Shown: positions 29,208 through 38,457 of the stretch, in pieces
Layout of the letters: every line of letters begins with the position of its first letter
Numbering within the stretch: position 1 is the stretch's first letter
From: Candidatus Cloacimonadota bacterium
GTDB taxonomy: Bacteria > Cloacimonadota > Cloacimonadia > JGIOTU-2
Direction: 5' to 3'
Length of the DNA: 64,000 nt
Assembly: GCA_030613025.1 (NCBI GenBank)
Contig: JAUWMT010000002.1
Location: 19,945 to 83,944 of the forward strand
Translations under genes and position numbers: made by a program
Notes under the pieces: model-generated
Database searches by the model: none
What the model saw: only the letters and a program-made list of their open reading frames with translations
Told to the model about the DNA's origin: nothing

Positions 29208-30371
29208 ATGCCAGACCAGAACACTACAAATCTGAAAAGAATTTATAAAATCCTATTGCTGATCATACTGATCTATTTCTTCTTCCTCAGTATTGTGATG
29301 ATGGGAGCTGGGTTCAAAAGTTTTCGAGGGCTTTCGGAAAATCTTATTGCAAGCGTAAGCAATCCTATAATGGGATTGCTTATTGGAATTCTGACCACAA
29401 GCATTGTACAGAGTTCATCTACTACAACTTCAATTGTCGTGGGTTTAGTTGCCAGTAATATTCTTGGCGCTGATTCTATACGAATTGCCATCCCGATCAT
29501 AATGGGGGCGAATATTGGCACCACTATCACAAATACTATCGTATCACTGGGACATATTTCAAGAACGGATGAATTTAAGAGGGCTTATGGCTGTGCGATA
29601 GTACACGACATATTCAATATTATAGTTGTTGCTGTTCTTTTGCCTTTGGAGATATATTTTGGGATCATCGAAAAAATATCTCTTAAGCTTGGTTCCTTTA
29701 TTCTGCACGCAAATATTCAAGGTGCAGAGTTCAAGAGTCCAATTGCGATGATCACAAAACCCATAGTCGGATTTCTTTATGATCCGAAGTTCCCTGATAG
29801 TTCACCGGGATTGTTGCAGAAACTTTTTTCACAACCTGTCGCACAGATATTGATCCTTGTTATAGCTATGATATTTCTATTTATTGCATTAAAATATATG
29901 GTCAAAGTCATCCGGCAACTGGTTATAGGCAAGGTTGAAAATTTCTTTTCTGATTACATTTTTCGCAATGGTGTGCTTGCACTGCTTCTTGGTCTGGTTC
30001 TGACTGCCATCGTCCAAAGCAGCTCGATCACGACTTCAATTATGGTACCCCTGGCAGGTGCGGGTATTGTAAATATCTATCAAGTTTTCCCCTATACGGT
30101 GGGCGCAAATATTGGAACAACAGTGACTACCTTATTGGCAGCTATGGCGACGGGCTCGCCGGCAGCACTCGTGGTAGCACTTTCTCATTTCACCTTTAAC
30201 GTACTTGGAATGATACTGATACTTCCCTTGAAACCGATTAGAATGATCCCGATAAAAATCGCATTATGGGTATCAAATTTGACAACTAAAAGCAAGATAT
30301 ATCCAATTTTATTTATCGTTTTGATATTTTTTGTTATACCAATATCTATTCTTCTTATAACGAAACGATGA
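29208..30371 (+). CDS. Na+/phosphate cotransporter (NptA / Na_Pi_cotrans family)
   Basis: duplicated QSSS(T/I)TTSI(V/M)V motifs in a polytopic protein. Confidence 0.85.
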   Translation: MPDQNTTNLKRIYKILLLIILIYFFFLSIVMMGAGFKSFRGLSENLIASVSNPIMGLLIGILTTSIVQSSSTTTSIVVGLVASNILGADSIRIAIPIIMGANIGTTITNTIVSLGHISRTDEFKRAYGCAIVHDIFNIIVVAVLLPLEIYFGIIEKISLKLGSFILHANIQGAEFKSPIAMITKPIVGFLYDPKFPDSSPGLLQKLFSQPVAQILILVIAMIFLFIALKYMVKVIRQLVIGKVENFFSDYIFRNGVLALLLGLVLTAIVQSSSITTSIMVPLAGAGIVNIYQVFPYTVGANIGTTVTTLLAAMATGSPAALVVALSHFTFNVLGMILILPLKPIRMIPIKIALWVSNLTTKSKIYPILFIVLIFFVIPISILLITKR

Positions 30372-30396
30372 GTAAATTCTTAAATACGAGGTACAT

Positions 30397-31089
30397 ATGT
30401 TAAAAGAATTAATTAAATTATTCAAAAAAAGTAATCTCTTTAAAGAGGCACATCAGGACGCCTGTATTATGCTTAATCGGGCAAATAATATGTTTGATAA
30501 TGCGAGCGCTCAACTGCGTGGGAGAGAGATCCCTCATCCGGATATTGATATATTTTACGAGGAAAGAAAGGTCGATAAAACTGAACGTGCTGTGCGAAGG
30601 AAAGTTTTAATACATCTCTCAGCTACAGGTGCTATGGACACACCAGGTGCGATCATTCTTATCGGTATAGTAATAGACATTGAGAGGGTGGGCGATTATA
30701 CCACAAACATCCTGGAACTTGCCCGAGCAGCAAATATAAAACTTGATGCAGGAATTCTTGATGATGAGCTGACCGAAATTGAGTTGGAGGTAGAGCACAT
30801 GTTTGATGTGGTGAGCAAAGCTTTTGAAGAGTATGATAAGGATATTGCCGAGACTGTTATCAATAAAAGATTAACCGGAAGATGCGAGATCCTTCTTCAT
30901 CAGCTTATGACTGAAGATGTTGGTTTGAAAGTTCAGAATGCTGTAGTTGCAGCATTATATATTCGATATCTAAAGAGAATTGCCGCACATCTTCTCAATA
31001 TTGCAACTTCTCTTGTACAGCCATTTGATAAAGTCCGCTTTATGCCGGAATCTGCTACTACTGAGTATAAGCAAAAAAGAGAGAGTTAA
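30397..31089 (+). CDS. PhoU-domain protein paired with the Na/Pi cotransporter
   Basis: 230 aa helical protein, PhoU-like repeat, conserved adjacency to NptA. Confidence 0.75.
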   Translation: MLKELIKLFKKSNLFKEAHQDACIMLNRANNMFDNASAQLRGREIPHPDIDIFYEERKVDKTERAVRRKVLIHLSATGAMDTPGAIILIGIVIDIERVGDYTTNILELARAANIKLDAGILDDELTEIELEVEHMFDVVSKAFEEYDKDIAETVINKRLTGRCEILLHQLMTEDVGLKVQNAVVAALYIRYLKRIAAHLLNIATSLVQPFDKVRFMPESATTEYKQKRES

Positions 31090-31189
31090 TTGTGGTGCGT
31101 GTGGCGAAAAGAGAGAATAATTAATCAAATTGGGTAGAGACTGGTTTATCCAGTCGAAATAGATAAGCGAAAAGGATTATTAGTAATAA

Positions 31190-31218
31190 ATCGTCACCAA
31201 GTTCAACTTAGTAACGAG
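31190..31218. repeat. 29-nt near-palindromic repeat, copy 1 (atcgtcaccaagttcaacttagtaacgag)
   Basis: seen directly; nested palindrome with one stem mismatch. Confidence 0.85.
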
Positions 31219-31234
31219 AAAAAAAATTATCACT

Positions 31235-32161
31235 TTATTTTATGTTTAACCAATCTCTCTTTATAGTTCTATCAAACTCGCCATCAAAAGAATCTCTAAA
31301 AGATAGTAATAAGGAACGAGCAAATCCATCTAAACCAGGAAATAAGGTTTCAGAAGTTATATTCATGTCTTGTAAATCATACATTGCCGAATTGTGGCAA
31401 TCTCTAGGAATTATAAACTTAACTAATGGCCAATCATTTACAATCGAATAATCAAATGGATCGGTTAATGTAATAAAATATGAATTAGGTTTATCTATAA
31501 TCCCGATAGTTGAGTTTAAATTTTCATTAAAAGTAGTGTTTATATTGCAAGGAAATACGAATACTCCTTGTTGAATTGATAATCTTTCATTTAATATTTT
31601 AGGAGTAGTGTATGTGACAAAATTATCGCTGACTTGGTTTGACAAAACATAATTTGCAAAACTAAATGTATCAAAATATTCTTCTCCATCGTAAAATTTT
31701 TTCTCTTCAATAGTATTTGCAATATCTTCAATTGCATCATCAATCAATTCAAGATTTATCGCCCAAATTGCAGAATCAGAATTTGCTTTTTCCATAGAGA
31801 AAAATGCTGCTATATAGAACGAAAATGTAAAATCTAATAACCTTGTAGGGCCTCCATAATTCTGAAGTAAACTAAGCCATCCAACCCAATCGTTAACTTC
31901 TGGAAGTAAAATTTTATAAAATTGAGCACGATTTTTTAATTTATCTAATAAATATTTTTCTTTGTTGTATAAAAGTTTAGAATTAGAAAATAAACTGTAA
32001 TCATAAAACTCAAGTTGTCTTTCAAGGTTGGTTTTAAGTTCCCATTCAGAGTCGCTTTGACCACGGAATATCCAATTTGTAGCTTTGCACATCAAGAGCT
32101 GTATTTTCCGTACAGTCTCCCATGTATCAACTTTAATTGTGGTGTAATTAACATCTTTCAT
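31235..32161 (-). CDS. FRG-domain protein
   Basis: 308 aa; WIFRGQSDSEWELKTNLER matches the FRG-domain signature; very AT-rich gene. Confidence 0.75.
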   Translation of the reverse strand: MKDVNYTTIKVDTWETVRKIQLLMCKATNWIFRGQSDSEWELKTNLERQLEFYDYSLFSNSKLLYNKEKYLLDKLKNRAQFYKILLPEVNDWVGWLSLLQNYGGPTRLLDFTFSFYIAAFFSMEKANSDSAIWAINLELIDDAIEDIANTIEEKKFYDGEEYFDTFSFANYVLSNQVSDNFVTYTTPKILNERLSIQQGVFVFPCNINTTFNENLNSTIGIIDKPNSYFITLTDPFDYSIVNDWPLVKFIIPRDCHNSAMYDLQDMNITSETLFPGLDGFARSLLLSFRDSFDGEFDRTIKRDWLNIK

Positions 32162-32303
32162 TTTACCGCCTGTATCTCGGATAAGGTTTTTCTACCTAAA
32201 AGGAGCTTTAGAGAATTCTAGAAATTTAATGCTAACCAATAATGTATAGGTTATAAAAATCTAACAAGTAAATTTTCAATTTCCCTGTCAAATATTATAG
32301 AAA

Positions 32304-32332
32304 CTCGTTACCAAGTTCAACTTCGTAACGAG
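32304..32332. repeat. 29-nt palindromic repeat, copy 2 (ctcgttaccaagttcaacttcgtaacgag)
   Basis: perfect nested palindrome CTCGTTAC-c-AAGTT-c-AACTT-c-GTAACGAG; shares 5' flank ttatagaaa with copy 4. Confidence 0.85.
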
Positions 32333-32364
32333 TACAACAATTTATAGAATAACAAATTTGTTTA

Positions 32365-32718
32365 TTAATGGGAATAATCTGAAACCAGCTTTTTAATTCC
32401 ATCTTCTAAACTTAAAATATCTTCTGTTACTGTATTCCAAACCACCTGAGTATCAACACCGAAGTAATCGTGAATTAATTTATCTCTCATACCAGCCATA
32501 AATCGCCATGGAAGCCATGAATAATTCTCTTTAACTTTTTTTGGTATTTTTTTTGATGCTTCACCAATTATTTCTAAAGCACGAATTACAGCGTATTGTG
32601 ATTTTTTATCTTCTTGAAAGGTTAGGAAATCCATGTCGTGTATGAATGATTTTATATTGATTATCGATTCTAAAATATCGTTAAGATAATCGATTATTAT
32701 TCTGTCTTTTTCTTTCAT
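32365..32718 (-). CDS. hepT: HepT-like (DUF86) toxin of a HepT/MNT toxin-antitoxin pair
   Basis: 117 aa with Rx4HxY motif (RDKLIHDY). Confidence 0.85.
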   Translation of the reverse strand: MKEKDRIIIDYLNDILESIINIKSFIHDMDFLTFQEDKKSQYAVIRALEIIGEASKKIPKKVKENYSWLPWRFMAGMRDKLIHDYFGVDTQVVWNTVTEDILSLEDGIKKLVSDYSH

Positions 32719-33029
32719 ATTATCGATTGAGCTTCAGCTAATATTTTTTGTCCTATATTTGGTTTTAATGAACTTCTCATTACCAAATCAACTTTTACAC
32801 CGATCAGCTCACTTAAATAATCTTCCAATTCAATAAACTTAAATAGAGAAGGAGCTTTTGAGAATGACACTAAAATATCTAAATCACTGTTTGACTCTTG
32901 TTCATTTCGCACAAAAGACCCAAACACTTCAAGAGTGGCCACATAATATTGAGTCTTAAGTAGAGGTAATTCTTCTTTTAATTTTAATACGATGTTTTTT
33001 AATTTATCCATAATTAAATAAAATTTCAA
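32715..33029 (-). CDS. mntA: MNT-type nucleotidyltransferase antitoxin
   Basis: 104 aa with GSx(n)DxD motif (FGSFVRNEQESNSDLDILV); 4-nt overlap with hepT. Confidence 0.85.
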   Translation of the reverse strand: MKFYLIMDKLKNIVLKLKEELPLLKTQYYVATLEVFGSFVRNEQESNSDLDILVSFSKAPSLFKFIELEDYLSELIGVKVDLVMRSSLKPNIGQKILAEAQSII

Positions 33030-33109
33030 AAGATCATTTTTTATGTCAATTTATTATTTTTTGATGGATCAAGCAGTTTAAAAAATAGTTAAATATTGGA
33101 TTAAAAAAA

Positions 33110-33138
33110 ATCGTCACCAAGTACAACTTAGTGACGAG
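33110..33138. repeat. 29-nt palindromic repeat, copy 3 (atcgtcaccaagtacaacttagtgacgag)
   Basis: perfect 7-bp stem; on the minus strand it is followed by T8, so it probably also terminates the rnf operon. Confidence 0.85.
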
Positions 33139-33153
33139 AATATTTATAGAAAC

Positions 33154-33179
33154 TCGTTACGGAGTTGAACTTCGTAACG
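33154..33179. repeat. palindromic repeat, copy 4 (ctcgttacggagttgaacttcgtaacg)
   Basis: same element, 10 nt from copy 3, shares the ttatagaaa 5' flank with copy 2. Confidence 0.8.
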
Positions 33180-33191
33180 CAACAATATTTA

Positions 33192-34175
33192 TCAGGACTT
33201 TGCCTCTATCGCTTTTTTCGGACAGACATCAATACAAATTCCGCACTGAATACATTTCAACTCATCGATCTTATGAACCTCTTTAACTTTTCCATCAATT
33301 GCATCAACCGGACATTTCTTCGCACAGATCGTGCAGCCGATACAATTTTCTTCAATAATTATTGGCTGAGGTCGAATTTTAATTCTATCTTCAATAGCTT
33401 TTGTAGGGCACACAGTTGCGCACAAACCGCAGGAAACACACTTTTCATAATTAATAGTTGCGAGATTATTTTCAAGGGTTATCGCATCAACAGGGCATTT
33501 CTTAACACAGAGACCGCAGCCGATACAAGCAGTATTGTTTCCGCAATTTGCTTTTGCAAACTTACCTTTATCATGAGACATGCACTGAATATGTACTTTT
33601 TTACTGATAGGTACGAGCTCAATAAGGTCTCTCGGACAGGCTTCCACGCAATTTCCGCATCCTGTGCATTTATCCTCATCAATAATACGCATATTATTTT
33701 CATCTATAGAAATCGCATCAAAGGGACACACGCGATAGCAGTCATTATAACCGAGACAGCCGTATGTACATGCATTCTGCCCATTTGAAAGCAATATTGA
33801 TGCCTGACAGGTGGCAATGCCTTTGTTTTCAAATTTGATATTCGTGTTATTAATTCCACCACTTTGACAATGGATAACTGCAATATTTCTCTCTTTTTTA
33901 CTTGCTTTTGTTCCAAAGATCTTTGCGATTTGCACAGCTACATCATGCCCACCGGGTGCACACAACGTGGGATCAGCACCGGATACAACTATAGCTTCTG
34001 CATAAGCAGCACAGCCGGGATAGCCACAAGCACCGCAATTTGCACCGGGTAATGCTTCCTCGATCTGTTCAATTTTAGGGTCAATATCCACATGAAATAC
34101 CTTTGAAGCAAAAGAGAGTGCGATACCAAATAATATACCAAGGACACTTAAAACAATTATGGAAACCAATAACAT
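33192..34175 (-). CDS. rnfB: Rnf complex subunit B (polyferredoxin type)
   Basis: N-terminal TM helix, multiple 4Fe-4S Cys clusters, operon position. Confidence 0.9.
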   Translation of the reverse strand: MLLVSIIVLSVLGILFGIALSFASKVFHVDIDPKIEQIEEALPGANCGACGYPGCAAYAEAIVVSGADPTLCAPGGHDVAVQIAKIFGTKASKKERNIAVIHCQSGGINNTNIKFENKGIATCQASILLSNGQNACTYGCLGYNDCYRVCPFDAISIDENNMRIIDEDKCTGCGNCVEACPRDLIELVPISKKVHIQCMSHDKGKFAKANCGNNTACIGCGLCVKKCPVDAITLENNLATINYEKCVSCGLCATVCPTKAIEDRIKIRPQPIIIEENCIGCTICAKKCPVDAIDGKVKEVHKIDELKCIQCGICIDVCPKKAIEAKS

Positions 34176-34188
34176 GTGTGCTCCTTAT

Positions 34189-34791
34189 TTAAAATTTCAT
34201 TCCGGTAAATCCGAGGAAGGCAAGCGCCATACAACCTGCGATAATAAACGAAATGGGCATTCCCTTCATTGATCTGGGAACTTTACTATATTCAAGACGT
34301 TCACGAATGCCTGCCATGAGCACAAGCACAAGCGTGAAACCAACTCCTGCTGCAGCACCGTTAACAATGGATTCGATGAAGTTGTAATTTTCATTTATAT
34401 TAAGGAGTGAAACACCAAGTACTGCGCAGTTCGTAGTGATAAGAGGTAGATAAATACCGAGTGCTTTATAGAGTTCCGGTGCAGCTTTTTTTATAACCAT
34501 CTCGACAAATTGCACAAGCACTGCAATGCTGAGGATGAAAGTTATCGTACGAAGGAAGGTAAGATCAAGCCCGAAAATGCTTGTTGCTTCATTGAGAAAG
34601 AACGTGTAGATAAGCCAAGTGATCGTCGAAGCCATCGTCATCACAAAGATAACTGCCATGCCCATGCCGAGTGCGGAATCCATCTTTTTTGAAACACCGA
34701 TATAGGGGCATAAGCCCAGAAAACGATGGATCACGAAATTGTTCACAAAGATTGAACCGATAATTATAATAAAAAGTGTTGAGAAATCCAT
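34189..34791 (-). CDS. rnfA: Rnf complex subunit A
   Basis: 200 aa, 6 TM, RnfA/NqrE family. Confidence 0.9.
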   Translation of the reverse strand: MDFSTLFIIIIGSIFVNNFVIHRFLGLCPYIGVSKKMDSALGMGMAVIFVMTMASTITWLIYTFFLNEATSIFGLDLTFLRTITFILSIAVLVQFVEMVIKKAAPELYKALGIYLPLITTNCAVLGVSLLNINENYNFIESIVNGAAAGVGFTLVLVLMAGIRERLEYSKVPRSMKGMPISFIIAGCMALAFLGFTGMKF

Positions 34792-34808
34792 TAATGCTCC
34801 TTGCTCAT

Positions 34809-35411
34809 CTATGCTTTAGATTTCTTCTTGTTCTGTAAAATACTTAATAAACCCATTAAAAGTCCTATCGTAATAAAGGCACCTGGAGGAAGAATAGCAG
34901 CGATCATCGGCTTGTATGAAGCAGGAAGAATACGAATATTCAATATTGTGCCTACACCGAGAATTTCTCTGATAAGTGCAATAACCATAATTGCAAGCAT
35001 GAACCCAAGTCCCATGCCCAGTCCGTCCAGCATGGATTTGAACACGCCGTTCTTACTTGCAAATGCTTCTGCTCTTCCAAGAATGATGCAGTTCACCACA
35101 ATTAGTGGAATGAAGATACCGAGACTCTTATGAAGCGGTGGCACGTATGCTTCCATGACCATATCTATTATCGTCACAAAGGAAGCGATAACCAAAATAA
35201 AACAGGGAATTCGGACTTTACTTGGAATTAAATTTTTGATAAGGGAAATAAAGATATTCGAACAAAGGAGAACAAAGGTTGCTGCTGCGCCCATGCCGAT
35301 CGCATTCTGCACAGATGTACTTACTGCAAGTGTAGGACACAGCCCAAGCGCCATAACGAAAACTGGGTTTTCTTTGATGATGCCTTTTGTAAATTCTTGA
35401 ATTGCTTTCAT
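34809..35411 (-). CDS. rnfE: Rnf complex subunit E
   Basis: 200 aa, 6 TM, RnfE/NqrD family. Confidence 0.9.
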   Translation of the reverse strand: MKAIQEFTKGIIKENPVFVMALGLCPTLAVSTSVQNAIGMGAAATFVLLCSNIFISLIKNLIPSKVRIPCFILVIASFVTIIDMVMEAYVPPLHKSLGIFIPLIVVNCIILGRAEAFASKNGVFKSMLDGLGMGLGFMLAIMVIALIREILGVGTILNIRILPASYKPMIAAILPPGAFITIGLLMGLLSILQNKKKSKA

Positions 35412-35423
35412 TATTCTCCTCGT

Positions 35424-35954
35424 TTATAATTTATCACGAAGTTTTTGAAAAGTATCACGAATTGCATTGGTGACTGCACGGGTAGTAATGGTCGCACCGG
35501 TAAGGGACTGAATAACTCCACCGTCTTTATCAACATAGATATTATAGGGATTCTTTCCTGCAAATTGAGTGGTGAAATCATCTCTTGTGCAGTTCGCTCC
35601 GAGCCCGGGAGTTTCTGCCTGGGATACTACAGTGATAGCGTTTATCATTAGTTCCGGCGTAAGCCCGACAATAGTTTTCACATCGCTGCTGTAGCCATAT
35701 TGGACACAAGAAAACACATAACCCACAAGCGTGCTGTCTGCATTGTATCCTTCATAATAAAGTACATCACTGCTATCTGAAACCGGCTTAAAGAATTCAG
35801 CATCGGGCAGAACCAGTCTGCGTGCAGCTTCTTCGGCTTTCAGTTTGTTCTCAGCAATGAGCGGTGCGGTTTGTTGATAAATAAAAGCAAGAATTGTGCC
35901 TGCGATCAAACAAATGATCAGTAAAACCAGAGTTGGACGAATAAAATCTTTCAT
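35424..35954 (-). CDS. rnfG: Rnf complex subunit G (FMN-binding)
   Basis: N-terminal TM, TGATITTRAV flavinylation motif. Confidence 0.85.
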   Translation of the reverse strand: MKDFIRPTLVLLIICLIAGTILAFIYQQTAPLIAENKLKAEEAARRLVLPDAEFFKPVSDSSDVLYYEGYNADSTLVGYVFSCVQYGYSSDVKTIVGLTPELMINAITVVSQAETPGLGANCTRDDFTTQFAGKNPYNIYVDKDGGVIQSLTGATITTRAVTNAIRDTFQKLRDKL

Positions 35955-35975
35955 ACTATCCTCAAAAATATATGA

Positions 35976-37055
35976 TTACTTATTGGATTTCTTTCGATAT
36001 CCAAAGGTTTTTTGTGGGGTTAACTTATCAATAAGAGGAGTGGCAATATTCATGATAAGAATTGAATATGAGACTCCTTCGGGATAACCTCCCCATGTAC
36101 GGATCACAACTGTAAGTAGTCCGCACCCAATGCCGAATATAAGCCGTCCTTTTTTTGTGACTGGAGATGTGACCATATCCGTAGCCATAAAGAAAGCACC
36201 GAGAATAAGACCACCTGAGAAAATATGGAAAAGGACAGGACCGGAAAACAACCCATCAATTCCACCAATCATCCAGCTCAGGAAGGCAACAGTCCCGATA
36301 TAACCGATGGGTATTCGCCATTCGACGTAATGCTTATACACGAGTATTGCAGCTCCGAGAATGAGCGCTGCTGCTGATACTTCGCCGATACATCCACCGA
36401 TGTTACCCCAGAAAAGCTCTTTGATATAATCCAGAGACGAAAGCTGGTGAAAAATAGTTCTGGCAGAGTCTCCGGCAGTTCCGGCAACGATATCACCACG
36501 AATCTGCTGTGCTAAATTAAGAGGAGTGGCAGAGGTGATCAGATTTTGAAGCTGAGCATTTCCACCGGTTATCAAAGTCTGCTTGAGCCCTGAAACGGTT
36601 GCAACGCCGGCATTAGCAAGCTTTGTTGCCCAGCCGGTTGTCATCTGAATAGGCCAGGATGCCATAAGGAAGGCACGACCAAGGAGTGCAGGATTTACAG
36701 GATTATAGCCCAGACCACCAAAGATCTGCTTTCCAATAGTAATAGCGAAAATAGAACCCACAACAGGTATCCACCACGGTGTAAGAGGTGGAAGGTTGAA
36801 AGCGAGGAGCATTCCTGTAACGACTGCACTTCCGTCAGAGATCGTAATAGGTCTTTTTGTTAAAAATTGCACCAGGGCTTCTGTTCCCACCGCAGCAACC
36901 ACTCCAAGAATGGTTATCCAGATCGATCTCCATCCAAAGAAAAGGTATGCGGCAATAAGAGCCGGCAGGAGAGCGATAACAACAGTCCACATCACGCGGC
37001 GAACATTTACCTGTTCGTGCAGGTGCGGAGAAGAAGAAACATTCACTAAACTCAC
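35976..37055 (-). CDS. rnfD: Rnf complex subunit D
   Basis: 359 aa polytopic, RnfD/NqrB family. Confidence 0.9.
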   Translation of the reverse strand: MSLVNVSSSPHLHEQVNVRRVMWTVVIALLPALIAAYLFFGWRSIWITILGVVAAVGTEALVQFLTKRPITISDGSAVVTGMLLAFNLPPLTPWWIPVVGSIFAITIGKQIFGGLGYNPVNPALLGRAFLMASWPIQMTTGWATKLANAGVATVSGLKQTLITGGNAQLQNLITSATPLNLAQQIRGDIVAGTAGDSARTIFHQLSSLDYIKELFWGNIGGCIGEVSAAALILGAAILVYKHYVEWRIPIGYIGTVAFLSWMIGGIDGLFSGPVLFHIFSGGLILGAFFMATDMVTSPVTKKGRLIFGIGCGLLTVVIRTWGGYPEGVSYSILIMNIATPLIDKLTPQKTFGYRKKSNK

Positions 37056-37073
37056 GTTAAAAACCTCCCAAAA

Positions 37074-38399
37074 CTATTTATCTTGGCGTTTAAGTTTATT
37101 AGCTTCGATTTTACCAATCTTGATCCATTGTACTAGCTGAATATGAGATGGGCACACATAACCGCAAGAACCGCATTCAATACAGTCAAGAACTCCTAAT
37201 TTCATAGCTTCTTCGTATTGTCCGTTTTTCACCTTATCAGCAATGAAACTTGGCAAAAGGTTCATCGGGCATGCATCGACACAGCGTCCGCAACGCAAAC
37301 AGGGTGCCTCTGTCGTATCAACTACTTCTTTTTCACCCATGAATACAAAACCCGAAGTCGTCTTTGTGGCAGGGGCTTCCAGATCGGGAAGTGCAAATCC
37401 CATCATAGGACCGCCGGAAATTATTTTGGCGATGTCCTCAGATGTTCCACCGCAGAATTCAAGCAGTTGAGAAAGTGGTGTTCCGATTGGCACTTTCAGA
37501 TTTTTGGGCTCATTAACTATTGCTCCGCTTATTGTAGTAATCCTCTCAATAAGTGGCTTATGATAACGAAGTGCTTCGTATATTGCAAACGCAGTTCCGA
37601 CATTTTGGACAACCACTCCCACATCCATCGGAAGTCCGCCTGCAGGTACTCTGCGTTTTGTGGCAGCATAGATCAGTTGCTTTTCTGCGCCCTGAGGGTA
37701 ACGTAGTTTGCATGGTACAACATTAATATTTTTGTGATCGCGAAGCATCTGCTTGAAAATAATGATTGCATTTTTTTTGTTCAGCTCGATACCAATATAT
37801 CCCCGCTTTGCGCCCAGCACCTTCATTATGATGCGCAGACCCTCAATGATCTCTTCAGGATGTTCGAGCATTAGGCGATGGTCGGAAGTGAGGTAGGGTT
37901 CGCACTCCACACCATTTAAAATGACAGTATCAATCGGACGGTTCTCAGGGGGAGAGAGTTTGACATGAGTAGGAAATCCAGCTCCGCCCATTCCGCAAAT
38001 ACCTGCTTCCTGAATACATTCCTTCATCTTGTCACTGCTTAATGAGTAATACTTTTCGTCATCCTGGAGTTCTGATATCCATTCATCTTTACCATCATTC
38101 TCAATCTCGATCGCATGTTGAATAGTTCCTGTCGGATGGGGATAAGGTCCAATCTTAGTAACCTTTCCGGAAACAGGGCTGTGTATAGGAATGGAAACAA
38201 ATCCGTCGGCTTCAGCGATCTTTTGTCCTTTTTTCACCTCATCACCGACTTTTACGATTGGCACAGCCGGACGTCCAATATGCTGGATCAGGGGAATAAA
38301 GAGTTTTTCGGGTGCAGGAAATTTCTCAATTGCTTTATGATTGGAAAAATGCTTATGGTCATGTGGATGGATACCACCCTTAAAGGTTTTTGCACACAT
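37074..38399 (-). CDS. rnfC: Rnf complex subunit C
   Basis: 441 aa, NADH-binding region and two 4Fe-4S motifs (CLRCGRCVDACP, CIECGSCGYVCP). Confidence 0.9.
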   Translation of the reverse strand: MCAKTFKGGIHPHDHKHFSNHKAIEKFPAPEKLFIPLIQHIGRPAVPIVKVGDEVKKGQKIAEADGFVSIPIHSPVSGKVTKIGPYPHPTGTIQHAIEIENDGKDEWISELQDDEKYYSLSSDKMKECIQEAGICGMGGAGFPTHVKLSPPENRPIDTVILNGVECEPYLTSDHRLMLEHPEEIIEGLRIIMKVLGAKRGYIGIELNKKNAIIIFKQMLRDHKNINVVPCKLRYPQGAEKQLIYAATKRRVPAGGLPMDVGVVVQNVGTAFAIYEALRYHKPLIERITTISGAIVNEPKNLKVPIGTPLSQLLEFCGGTSEDIAKIISGGPMMGFALPDLEAPATKTTSGFVFMGEKEVVDTTEAPCLRCGRCVDACPMNLLPSFIADKVKNGQYEEAMKLGVLDCIECGSCGYVCPSHIQLVQWIKIGKIEANKLKRQDK

Positions 38400-38457
38400 A
38401 ATCAGTCCTTTGGAAATGTAAAATTCAAAATTAAAAAATTAAAATTTAAAATGATCA

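Noticed and set aside
31190-33180. CRISPR array or classical integron explanation for the four 29-nt palindromic repeats
   Set aside because: Spacings are ~1.1 kb, ~0.8 kb and 10 bp (not 30-40 bp spacers), and there are no cas genes. There is no intI/attI, and the sites are much shorter than attC sites. Kept as a REP-like / cassette-boundary element.
31190-33180. Prophage or IS element in the accessory insert
   Set aside because: No integrase, transposase, terminase or structural genes; only FRG and toxin-antitoxin genes between the repeats.
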